Assembly: GCA_937625935.1 (NCBI GenBank)
Contig: OW569385.1
Location: 186,001-250,000 of the forward strand
Length of the DNA: 64,000 nt
Direction: 5' to 3'
DNA from: Tetramitus jugosus
Lineage: Eukaryota; Protista; Heterolobosea
Each line of letters starts with the position of its first letter. Position 1 is the stretch's first letter. Position numbers and translations under genes: made by a program. This document shows, piece after piece, positions 1 to 9,331 of this stretch. The notes under the pieces were generated by a model. It saw only the letters and a program-made list of their open reading frames with translations. It was not told where the DNA came from and did no database searches.

Positions 1-563
1 CGAACTGTTTTCCTCGGTGAATTGGAAGATATCTGAGTGAATTGAATAACTCACCACTGAATTGTATCTCATTCATCAGAGCTCGGAGGTATTGCCCAAA
101 GAAGGCAGCGGAGTATTACATCACTATTTACGGATAATTTTTCCTGTTCCCGAGAAAACTCGAACCATAAAACTCGAACTGAAAGCACGTAAATTTAATT
201 TTTGTGATTCCAAAAAACCATAAAACACCAACACGTCCCTCTTACGTAGCTCACGTATTATATATATTCACATAACACTTTGACATTTTGTTTACGTGCC
301 AAAAACAACGCCTTTACGCAGCAAACACACATCTTAAAGCCACAATTCTTGCTTCCTACGTACATACAATAACTAACAAACAAAACGACTAAGAATATGA
401 CATACCTCACAACCAAAAGAACAAGACAACTACAGAAAGGAGAACCATTGGTTTCACCTCTCAAAAAGAAACCAAAGCTTCTTCTCGCAGCTCACAGTCC
501 CCCCACCAACCATCTTTATCGCTTCACTCACTCAAAAGCTACCACCTTAACACCCATACCAAT

Positions 564-590
564 AACAACAACAACAACAACAACAACAAC
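564..590 (+). repeat. (AAC)n microsatellite
   Basis: aacaacaac run just upstream of ATG 607; similar A/C-rich leaders precede many genes here. Confidence 0.9.
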
Positions 591-606
591 ACTAACAAAA
601 AAAACA

Positions 607-2526
607 ATGGACAACAACATGGATAAACAAGTGTTTTACTTGTTGATAAATGATGTTGTAAAGAATCAGATCATTATTGATTGTATCACCTCATTCTTGC
701 CTTACTGTGACTTAGTGTCCTTGTGTATGACAAGTAGACACTTGTATACACTGTTGAGTGAACATGGAGATGAATTCCATTTCCATTATCTCAAAAGATT
801 GTTATTCAAGAAGCATGTCACGTCTTTTTTGAGTGAATACTTTACTCAACATGTGCTGCTACACAATACAACAAAAAATACAAAAAACAACAAGACAATA
901 AAGCAAGAGACCAAGAAGAAGAACAAAAAACAAAGATCGTTAATGAACATATCATTTGATGATATCACTGCATCTTTGAGTGATAGTGATGAAGATGATG
1001 ATGAAGTGGCTCGTTTAACTAGTCAATCTGACGATGAAGATGATGACGATGATGTCATTGACGATGAGGAAGATGATGCCGAGGAAGAAGAGGTGAATGG
1101 TGGTCAAATCGAAGAAATTGATGGTTTGTCAAGTATTCTGGCTGATGTCAGTCGTCGAAACTTTCACATGCAAGCCATTCATAAGATGCAAGTGTTTATT
1201 GCTGGAAAGTGTGATTCCATGCAAGCTCTGCACTCAATCAGGCAACATTGCTCCTACCCGAATCATGTATTTTCAAGAATCATGTCATGGTACCATTCAT
1301 TGATCCATTCAGGATCCATTCGCACCATTGCAGTGTATGATGACTCATGGATCCTTCATCAACCTGCTTCAGTTGCGACCCAACAACAGAGTCTGAGCGA
1401 CCGAACGGTCACCCTGGAAATCTTTCCATTGAAATGGTTTCCTCATGTGAACCAACAAACTTTAGCCAGCAACATGAGAGAAAGAGAAGAACAGCGAGTA
1501 CTCTTGACAATTATTTCTAAAAAGTTGCCTTGTGATTCTAGTAAGGTTGTAGTCGCCTACTTGGAGACAAGAAGTACCAAAGTCGCATCAGAACTAGGTA
1601 TCTCGGTATCGGAGAGAACATGTGCATTTGAGATTTATCCTACGAAAACGAACATGGAGTGTCATGTTTATCCAGTGCTGAAAAATCTCAACTCATTGAT
1701 GATGTTGGGTGAATCTGATATATCCACGTGGATTGAATTGCTATTGTGGTATTCCGGTGTTCAATGCAAGCTCGACATATGCACATTTATTTATGAATTG
1801 TTTGATGAAGAGCTGGGTGAGAAGGATATTATCACGCCGATTCAAGATGATACAGAGATGGATGTTAGGACTAGTAATTTCGAGTCAAAGTTCAATCAGT
1901 TTGTTGCTGATTATGCATATGACTCTCTATGGTTAGATTCCGAGCTTGTATCCTATGTTTTCTCGATGTTGAATCGAATGTATTGCAAGAAAGCATACGA
2001 ATTCCCATTTCCATCAGTAGAACCACCGACAGAGAACCTATTGGAGGCAGTAAGCTTTGGCGTAAGTCAAAAGGCTGGTTATGGCGTCTATGCGAATGGC
2101 GCCTTTCACTTGCAGAGCTCTTTTCATTATAGCTTCGGCGCATGTCGCTTAATATTTTATGTTTCATACGACTTGGTCCAATATGAAATAATGATGCGCG
2201 TCTTGGATCGAAGTACCTCTTTAATCATGTTTGGGGACACCAAGCATATAGGCATCCATCATCTAGTCAAAAGAAAGTGCTCTGAGCAACCAACACAAAC
2301 GGATCAAACAATGTTTGATGCTCTGTGTAGGATCTTCCCAATAACAAAAACAGTTGAGTTCTTCTATGCAGCCATTGTGTGGCTCGCTTGTGCCGTGGAG
2401 ATTCGATATGTTCCGAGATCTCATCTTGCAATTCGTTTGGCTGATGAAACCCTCAATCTCACTTCGGTATTGGACCTGAGAAAGGGAATTTCTCAAATTG
2501 TGCAATCTGGAATTTTAGAAGAATAA
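607..2526 (+). CDS. F-box-like protein with acidic low-complexity insert
   Basis: ORF 397..2526; likely start ATG 607 (MDNNMDKQ) after the A/C-rich leader; F-box-like IIIDCITSFLPYCDLVSLCMTSRHLYTLL; C-terminal domain unrecognised. Confidence 0.6.
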   Translation: MDNNMDKQVFYLLINDVVKNQIIIDCITSFLPYCDLVSLCMTSRHLYTLLSEHGDEFHFHYLKRLLFKKHVTSFLSEYFTQHVLLHNTTKNTKNNKTIKQETKKKNKKQRSLMNISFDDITASLSDSDEDDDEVARLTSQSDDEDDDDDVIDDEEDDAEEEEVNGGQIEEIDGLSSILADVSRRNFHMQAIHKMQVFIAGKCDSMQALHSIRQHCSYPNHVFSRIMSWYHSLIHSGSIRTIAVYDDSWILHQPASVATQQQSLSDRTVTLEIFPLKWFPHVNQQTLASNMREREEQRVLLTIISKKLPCDSSKVVVAYLETRSTKVASELGISVSERTCAFEIYPTKTNMECHVYPVLKNLNSLMMLGESDISTWIELLLWYSGVQCKLDICTFIYELFDEELGEKDIITPIQDDTEMDVRTSNFESKFNQFVADYAYDSLWLDSELVSYVFSMLNRMYCKKAYEFPFPSVEPPTENLLEAVSFGVSQKAGYGVYANGAFHLQSSFHYSFGACRLIFYVSYDLVQYEIMMRVLDRSTSLIMFGDTKHIGIHHLVKRKCSEQPTQTDQTMFDALCRIFPITKTVEFFYAAIVWLACAVEIRYVPRSHLAIRLADETLNLTSVLDLRKGISQIVQSGILEE

Positions 2527-2571
2527 ACACCTTACAGTCCACAAAACCTCGCCATTTCTATTGTATCCATC

Positions 2572-2596
2572 TTTCGCGCCAAAATTTCACCGTTGA
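2572..2596 (+). promoter_or_regulatory. E2F-type site TTTCGCGCCAAA plus Myb/MSA-like AACGG core (reverse strand)
   Basis: tttcgcgccaaa at 2572-2583 and accgttga at 2589-2596, 55-80 bp upstream of the kinetochore gene. Confidence 0.4.
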
Positions 2597-2649
2597 TTAC
2601 TTATCGCGAGGGAAGTAACGAAAAAAACACGGATACAAATCAAAAAAAA

Positions 2650-3342
2650 ATGAATCAACAACAACAAGCACCAACAAACCCAGAATCAACAAACGACCTT
2701 GACCTTGACAGCTTTGATGGTCCTCTCATGTTTCGACTGTTACAGGCCATTCATCTCGCCTGTCAAAACATTATCGACAATAGTCACACATGGGAAAAAT
2801 TTATTCGATTGATTGAGCCTCATTCATTCAGAGAAAAGTACAAGACACGAATATTTCACGAGTACACAACATCACGAGAACAATTGCAGATTATTTGGGA
2901 AGATGAACTACGGAGAATTGTGTCGGAATCGGATATTCGGAGAAAATTAAATGCAATCGATTTACACATCAAATTGGATGACCATGCAGGAGACAATGTG
3001 GTCATGTACCCGACTACGACTACTACTACCTCTGCAAATACCTCACAGAGTGATCTAGTGACTCAAACATGGAAAACACAATCGATCCACAACAAGATGA
3101 TTCTCAGTCAGAACATGCAACGGTTGTTGAGCACAATGAAGGAAGAAAACAACAAGTTGGAGCAACAAAATGACAAACATCGCAAGAAATTGCAAGAGTA
3201 TGGAGAACAGTTGAAGCAGACGGCGAGTCAATTTCAAGCAGCGGTCAATGTGCTTCAGGAACAGTGGGACTCACAGAATGCATCTCAGACACTCACACGG
3301 TTTCAACCAGGTGATGATGAAGATGAGGACGAGGTGATGTAA
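2650..3342 (+). CDS. NNF1: Kinetochore MIS12/MIND complex subunit Nnf1/PMF1-like
   Basis: WEDELRRIVSESDIRRKLNAIDLHI fits the Nnf1 'EF..I..E.nl..KLNeLD.li' pattern; C-terminal coiled coil; first ATG at 2650. Confidence 0.6.
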   Translation: MNQQQQAPTNPESTNDLDLDSFDGPLMFRLLQAIHLACQNIIDNSHTWEKFIRLIEPHSFREKYKTRIFHEYTTSREQLQIIWEDELRRIVSESDIRRKLNAIDLHIKLDDHAGDNVVMYPTTTTTTSANTSQSDLVTQTWKTQSIHNKMILSQNMQRLLSTMKEENNKLEQQNDKHRKKLQEYGEQLKQTASQFQAAVNVLQEQWDSQNASQTLTRFQPGDDEDEDEVM

Positions 3343-3422
3343 AATGGTTTTTCGAGCTCGAAATAAATGATGACCAATCTGTACCATAAGTTGATTGTGT
3401 GTGTTGTTTTTCATTTGATAGT

Positions 3423-4772
3423 TTATGATTGTTGGTTTTGATTGTTGAGAGTAGTATCCGTTGGCTTGTTGGGCTTGTTTGTTTCAATGTCCTTCTTGTT
3501 GGCCATGGCGTTATCGAGAGCAATTTGTATCAGTTGTCCGTTCTTGAAAATGATATCCTTCATTAGATGGAGTTGATGCTTGGACAACAAGGTGTTCTCT
3601 TCATTCCTAAGAAATGAATCTGTCAGTGGTTCTTGGTGTAAAATGTAGGAGATTACCTGCAGCAATGGATCCAATATCTCATACACATATTTCTTCTGAA
3701 AGTAGGATGCCAGATATTGAGCAATCGGTTGCAACTTTTCTGATATCATCTGAGCCTGAGTGGAAACTTCAGCCAACTTGTTTTCTCTCATACTGTGCGA
3801 GAGGGCTTCATTGTACGAAAAGTGATGATCGTGCAACAGCTTTAGAGACAGGTATTTGTTGAGAAGTCGAAACGAAATGTTTCTGTACAATATTCTCGTC
3901 TCATTCCATATATTCTGGCGCTCATCCTCTGCTCGTGCAATATACCGGGCATATACAGTGGCCAACAGATAGCCACTGGCATTGGCCAAGCCCGAAAGGC
4001 CGCCTGCATACATGAATATGAATAAGGGTCTTACATTTGAAAAGAAGGCAGCTGCCCCACTCGCCAATGCGAAACCTGCTGCACACATGAAGCCAATAAC
4101 ATACAATATCTTGGCATTGATATGTAGAGTAATATCGGTGAGCCTATTGAGACGATATTGTTGGGATGCAGTGAACGCCGAAGAATTTTCAGAGAAATTG
4201 GCTAAATGTTCCAGCATTCCATCGACTCTGTGCTTTGTCTGCCGATACAAGCTTGGACGATGAGGACGTTCCGTTTCTATTCGCAGAGTTGAATCTCCGC
4301 TGTCAGCCTGTTGTTCTTGTGGTACCGTCGTTGTTGATTCTGCGCCTGTCTGTGGCCCAGCAGCATTGGCCGCGGCACTCACACTGCTCCTCCTTCTTTC
4401 GTCAACAATCGGTGCAATCAAGTACATTTTAAAGACATCCAATTCGTTCAAATGAACCATTTCAGACTTTTTTGAGGGAAGCCTCCATATCTTGGGCAGG
4501 TAGTATTGACTGTAGTGCTTCTTTCGTTTCTTCTTTGGCAAGAAATCAATGTGAAGACCATGTGTATCCTCAGGTTCCATGTAAGGAGTGGGAGAATAGT
4601 TGTGCGAAGTAAAGAGATCATCCAATTGCCGGCAATCCTGCTTCATTTCACTCTCAATGCGCTCAATTTGTCTGACACATGGATCAACGTATGCAGTGGT
4701 AGGATCAGATGCAGCACGAGTAGGCACATTCATGGTATACACATCCTGTAGATGATGATCGAAATCTGTCAT
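3423..4772 (-). CDS. Hypothetical protein with two adjacent hydrophobic helices
   Basis: 449-aa ATG ORF; segments ILYVIGFMCAAGFALASGAAAFF and LFIFMYAGGLSGLANASGYLLATVYA. Confidence 0.7.
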   Translation of the reverse strand: MTDFDHHLQDVYTMNVPTRAASDPTTAYVDPCVRQIERIESEMKQDCRQLDDLFTSHNYSPTPYMEPEDTHGLHIDFLPKKKRKKHYSQYYLPKIWRLPSKKSEMVHLNELDVFKMYLIAPIVDERRRSSVSAAANAAGPQTGAESTTTVPQEQQADSGDSTLRIETERPHRPSLYRQTKHRVDGMLEHLANFSENSSAFTASQQYRLNRLTDITLHINAKILYVIGFMCAAGFALASGAAAFFSNVRPLFIFMYAGGLSGLANASGYLLATVYARYIARAEDERQNIWNETRILYRNISFRLLNKYLSLKLLHDHHFSYNEALSHSMRENKLAEVSTQAQMISEKLQPIAQYLASYFQKKYVYEILDPLLQVISYILHQEPLTDSFLRNEENTLLSKHQLHLMKDIIFKNGQLIQIALDNAMANKKDIETNKPNKPTDTTLNNQNQQS

Positions 4773-5046
4773 TCTCTCACCAAAGGAAACTTCGATTGAA
4801 ATTACGTTTGTATTGAATTTTGTTGTGCGTGGTCATCGCGTGTTTTCTTCCAAGTCGACACTCAACCTACAAATACCAAAAATACGCTCTTTGCTAAAAA
4901 TGGAATCGCAATAATTTCTTCTCCTTCAAAAAGTTCGACTACAACAGGTCAACCTTGATCAACAAATTGACACGCATCAGAACACAACCACACAGACATC
5001 AACAATAAAAATAACAAACAATTCTTCATTCGTAGTAAACCGTTTT

Positions 5047-5628
5047 TTAAAAACAACACTTGCAATCAAATGGGCACAATTCTGTGTTTCCACCCTTTCC
5101 AATCTTCAAGTCATCATACGTGTACACTCGAAGTCCATCCGCAGTCTTTGCACTCTTCTGAGTACCTCTCATATTTGCAAAATCATCATCATCATCATCC
5201 ATACCTCCCATATCCATATGGGACTTGTTCTTCTTATTCTTCTTGTTATTGTTGTTATTAGTCGTCGTTTTTTTCACTTGACCTCTTGCAGCTTTCACCT
5301 TTTTGAAAATGTCATCAATGGTCTCTGGCTCACCATGATCTTCATCTCCATTATTCGAATCACCCGTTGCTTCATTGTCTTTTCGTTTGGTTGAACCAAA
5401 AATGTCATCAATTTCATCTCGGTTACTAGATGAGCTCGAGCTTTTGGAGTTCTTCTTTTTGGACGACGATGATTCAATGGAGTTTATCGTAGATGAGGAT
5501 TTGGCGGCAATTTTTTCCTTGTGGTTGGAAGTCTTGTTTGATTTGACTACTTTTGATGTTGTCTTTGATGATTGAGTGGTGGTAGTGGTAGAGGCAACAG
5601 CCTTTGATTTTGTCTCTTTTTTGCCCAT
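5047..5628 (-). CDS. DUF1764 family protein
   Basis: C-terminus TADGLRVYTYDDLKIGKGGNTELCPFDCKCCF and repeated IDDIF motifs. Confidence 0.88.
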   Translation of the reverse strand: MGKKETKSKAVASTTTTTQSSKTTSKVVKSNKTSNHKEKIAAKSSSTINSIESSSSKKKNSKSSSSSSNRDEIDDIFGSTKRKDNEATGDSNNGDEDHGEPETIDDIFKKVKAARGQVKKTTTNNNNNKKNKKNKSHMDMGGMDDDDDDFANMRGTQKSAKTADGLRVYTYDDLKIGKGGNTELCPFDCKCCF

Positions 5629-5848
5629 GCTTTGTTGTTTTCTTTTGTGAAGTTTCTCGAGAGGTTTGATGTTAAAAATTTCTGTTTGATTTTGAAGTTC
5701 AAAAAGGAGAAATAATTTCGGTCGCAGAAACAGAAAACACGGAGTTTCTCAGATGATCGAAAAACCAGAACAAGCACAGAACGAAAAACAAAACAATTAA
5801 GCATTCGACCAATTGGTTGTTGTCGTAATCTGTACTCACTCATTGTCA

Positions 5849-6264
5849 ATGCCTCGAAAAAACGCCAAGGAATCCACCACCACGTCATCATCAACCAAAG
5901 ACACCAAAGAATCAACAACAACAACCACTAAATCAACCACTGCCAGTAAGAAAAAGACATCTTCTAAGCGATCATCCAGTGGCACCAAAACTGCTTCATC
6001 AGCCACGTCCACTCCACCACCCAAACGAAGCTCCAAAAATACAAAAAACAAAAATGCAGCAAATACAGCAACGACAGCGGCCGCCACAACTAGTGAATCA
6101 TCAACGAGTACAGTGATTGGAATTGCACAAAAGAGTGCACATGTTGCTGTTCCTCAACATTTACCAACAACAACAACAACAACAAACACATCCAATGCAT
6201 CACTTGCAGCTCAACAACAACAACAACAACAGCATCATATTTCAAGTCACTTGCATCATCATCA

Positions 6265-6297
<33 letters not shown>

Positions 6298-8281
6298 GTT
6301 ACATCAACATCATGTTCACTCACATCACTATCAACAACAACAACAACAGCAACAACATTATTATGCAAACAATAGTCATATGAACAACAATAACAACATG
6401 ATGATGAATGTGAACATGAGTAGAGAAGCTCATAAATCATCAATCTATCACGATGAAATTTCAAGGATGATGTACACGTTTGGTGACGTACGATCACCAT
6501 TGAACGACTCTGTCATTCTCGTTGAACAATATGTTCGTTGCTTCCTGATTGATGTCATTGATCGAGCAAAGGACTTGGTATTGCAACAAGAAGAAGAACA
6601 AGAATTACGAGTAGAGACAACAGAGACAACAACACCAACCAATATCAATACGAATAATGATCATGAGATCTCGACTGATGAATATGTTGGTGAAGAAAAG
6701 AGTAGTGGAAATGAGAGTGAGGAGAAGAAGCAGGATAAGAATACAGAAGCAGAAGATGAGGATGATGATGAAGATGAAGATGATGAAGGTGAAATCAAGT
6801 TTGAGAATGATGGGTTGAATGATCATGAATATTCTGCTGACAGTGACAATGATGACGATGCAGCAATGAATGGCTCGGATCGCAATGAAGAAAAACAAAA
6901 GAAGAAGAAGAAGAAGAGAATGAGGAAATTGAACAGCAAGCAACAACATCAGGATCAAAATCAAGGAAAGAATGCAAATGCACCGTTGTCAAAGACGTCA
7001 AAGTCAATCACAAGTGTAACCATTGGATTGGAGCATTTGTTGTTCTTGTTTAGGAACAATGATCATCGATTGTCTCAAATCTCTCGTACTCTACGGTTCA
7101 AAGCTCTTCGAAAAATGAAGAGTTCATCATCTGATGATACAGCAGATGTGACAGCAGTTGCTTCTGTGTCGGGCAATGACTCAACAGCATCGTCTTCTTC
7201 AAGAAAGAGAAAACACAAGAATGATTCGGGCAGTGGTGGTGATGACGATGACGATACGTCTCAGTTGAATGTACGATTGAATAGAGCAATGAAGCGGTTG
7301 CGTTATGATGTTGTCTCTACTCTGATTGAAGGATTGAGTGATAGTGAAGAGGACAATGATGAAGAAGTGCCCTTGTCCAACGACAACAAAGACAGCAATA
7401 ACGTTTCGAGTAATGATGTTAAAAATGAAACAGAGAGCACCACAGGCGAAAGCAAATCATTAGAACCAGAATCAGTTGATCAAAACGTCTCCCCTAGTGA
7501 CCAACAACAGGAAATATCCAAAGAGGATGGAAACAACACACAACACAAAGCAAGTGAGGGTAAGCTTGAAGATCAAACGAAGAAAACATCCCTTCACAAC
7601 AATGTAATTATATTAGACGTACTACAAATTCAAAAGGAGAAAGAGATTAAAATGGCAAGAGAACAGTACGCTGCAGCAGACAGCGTAACCAAGAATATGT
7701 CTGTCGAGGAGTACCTCGAGTATTCAAAGTGTAGAGAAGCTAGTTTTACTTACCACAACTTGAAAAAGTTTTCAGAATGGATTGGGCTGTCCTCCAAGAA
7801 GAAATCAAGCAGGAGCAAGAAGCAAGATAATGAAAAGAAGGATGATCACGTGGAAATTAAAATGGATGATTCATTGTTGGAGGTTCTGGGTCATATTGCA
7901 TGGGAGGCTGTTGGATTGTTAACGCAGACTGCTCTCATCGTGAAACGGGATTGCAATATGCTTCAACACTCACGATCCATGACAACAAAGGCATTGGACC
8001 TATTCTTGAGTGAGTATGTCATTGAGAAAAACATTGGATTGGCAACTGGTGTTATGAGCCCCCAACTGAGAAGCAAGCTTACTTTCTTTCCAAACGACGT
8101 GATCAAACTATTGGACGATCACAAAAAGAAACATTTGATTCACATTCAACATGTGCCACACCAACTGCGGCAACCCATAGAAGCACACCACGTTTTAGAA
8201 GCTGTCCGTAGATTGCGTTCCATGAAAGTAAGTCCCATCGACTTCACATATTCTTCGCGAAGCGCTCAATTTACTTTTTGA
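5849..8281 (+). CDS. SPT3: SAGA subunit Spt3 (two histone folds, long low-complexity inserts)
   Basis: EISRMMYTFGDVRSPLNDSVILVEQYV; MSVEEYLEYSKCREASFT..KKFSEW; LEVLGHIAWEAVGLLTQTAL; PIEAHHVLEAVRRL; first ATG 5849. Confidence 0.88.
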
Positions 8282-8295
8282 GAATTCGAAGAGCC

Positions 8296-8482
8296 CTTGA
8301 TCGATTTCGCGTACAATTCCAATACCGTAAATCTTCGCTCAAAGAGAACTTGGAAGAACTTCGATGGCGGTACTTTGATGTGACTGTTTATTTTGGCCGG
8401 AAAACTCGCGAAATCGATCAAGTTGATTTCCTGCTTTGTGCAACCGAATTTCGCCAATTCAGAACGTGGCTTTCGAAAGCCA
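8296..8482. repeat. Perfect 16-bp inverted repeat (95-nt spacer) plus 16-bp palindrome
   Basis: cttgatcgatttcgcg 8296-8311 / cgcgaaatcgatcaag 8407-8422; tggctttcgaaagcca 8467-8482. Confidence 0.9.
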
Positions 8483-8657
8483 AAATTTTACTTGAAATGG
8501 CAAAGTGACAGCGCACAACCCATTTCCTATCTGGGAAACAACCATATTTTGATCGACCGGGGATGTGATGGACATAGACTTTGGCTTAGGAAGTAGAATT
8601 GATCTATTGACGAACACACAGCAAAACAATCTTACATCAATCTAGTAAAGAGTAACC

Positions 8658-9110
8658 ATGCACAGCAAGGAATTTAAATTTCACGTGTTTGATGCCAATG
8701 TAGGCATGAGAGGAGCATCAAGCAAAAAATTTAGAAGATCAGATGTGCCAAACACCAACTCGTCAAGTATCTCCAAGAAATCTGCAACCCCAACTCACCA
8801 ACGGCCGTACGACGACCCTGCGACTCGTAGCAAAAGAGCAAAGGTTGTTCGGTGGTACTCCTACTCACCTGATCCATCAGAACAACTCCACCCTGCTGAG
8901 ACAGTTCCAAAAAAACTTGGCAAAACGCGACAAGATCAGCCAATAGTCCACTCACCCACGCATACATCGACTTCTCCCTCATCAGAGTCCATTTCAGCAA
9001 GTGTTACAACAGCCCAACAGAACGACCATTTGGCAGAGTTGGCACGGAAGAAGAAGCTGCTTGAAAAGATATCCATACCCAACTTACTCTGTTCACCCCA
9101 CACTGTGTAA
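8658..9110 (+). CDS. Small S/T/P-rich protein ending in KISIPNLL
   Basis: 150-aa ATG ORF; aataaa at 9121 just after the stop. Confidence 0.6.
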   Translation: MHSKEFKFHVFDANVGMRGASSKKFRRSDVPNTNSSSISKKSATPTHQRPYDDPATRSKRAKVVRWYSYSPDPSEQLHPAETVPKKLGKTRQDQPIVHSPTHTSTSPSSESISASVTTAQQNDHLAELARKKKLLEKISIPNLLCSPHTV

Positions 9111-9331
9111 ATAAGGAAGGAATAAATCGCTCATGTATTATGATAACGTCCACTATTGTAAAAATGAAGCTTGTGGTGTGTCAAACTCTCTTTCCTCTTT
9201 GTTGTGGTACCAGCTGCTGCCGGCAAGCACAAACAGTCTGGCACATTCCCTTAAGTTATTGATGCTCACACAGGTGTGATCTTCTGAAGTCATGTCCTGC
9301 TTGGTTTTCCCAAAAAATCGAGCATTGAGTC

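Noticed and set aside
397-606. N-terminal ORF extensions here and at 2593, 5813, 14521, 18771, 21599, 39543, 60226
   Set aside because: They are A/C-rich leaders that lack stops by composition, mostly opened at TTG/GTG; recognisable protein starts at the downstream ATG
5640-5800. Short inverted repeats in the DUF1764/SPT3 divergent promoter
   Set aside because: Explained by mirror-image T-rich and A-rich leaders of divergent genes; arms are 9 bp or less and low complexity
6090-7007. Many antisense or alternate-frame ORFs rich in V/L/I/M/C/Y (also at 40-41 kb and 52-55 kb)
   Set aside because: Shadows of trinucleotide repeats in the real genes
8278-8508. 76-aa ORF overlapping the SPT3 stop
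   Set aside because: TTG start, no recognisable motif, and it coincides with the inverted-repeat element
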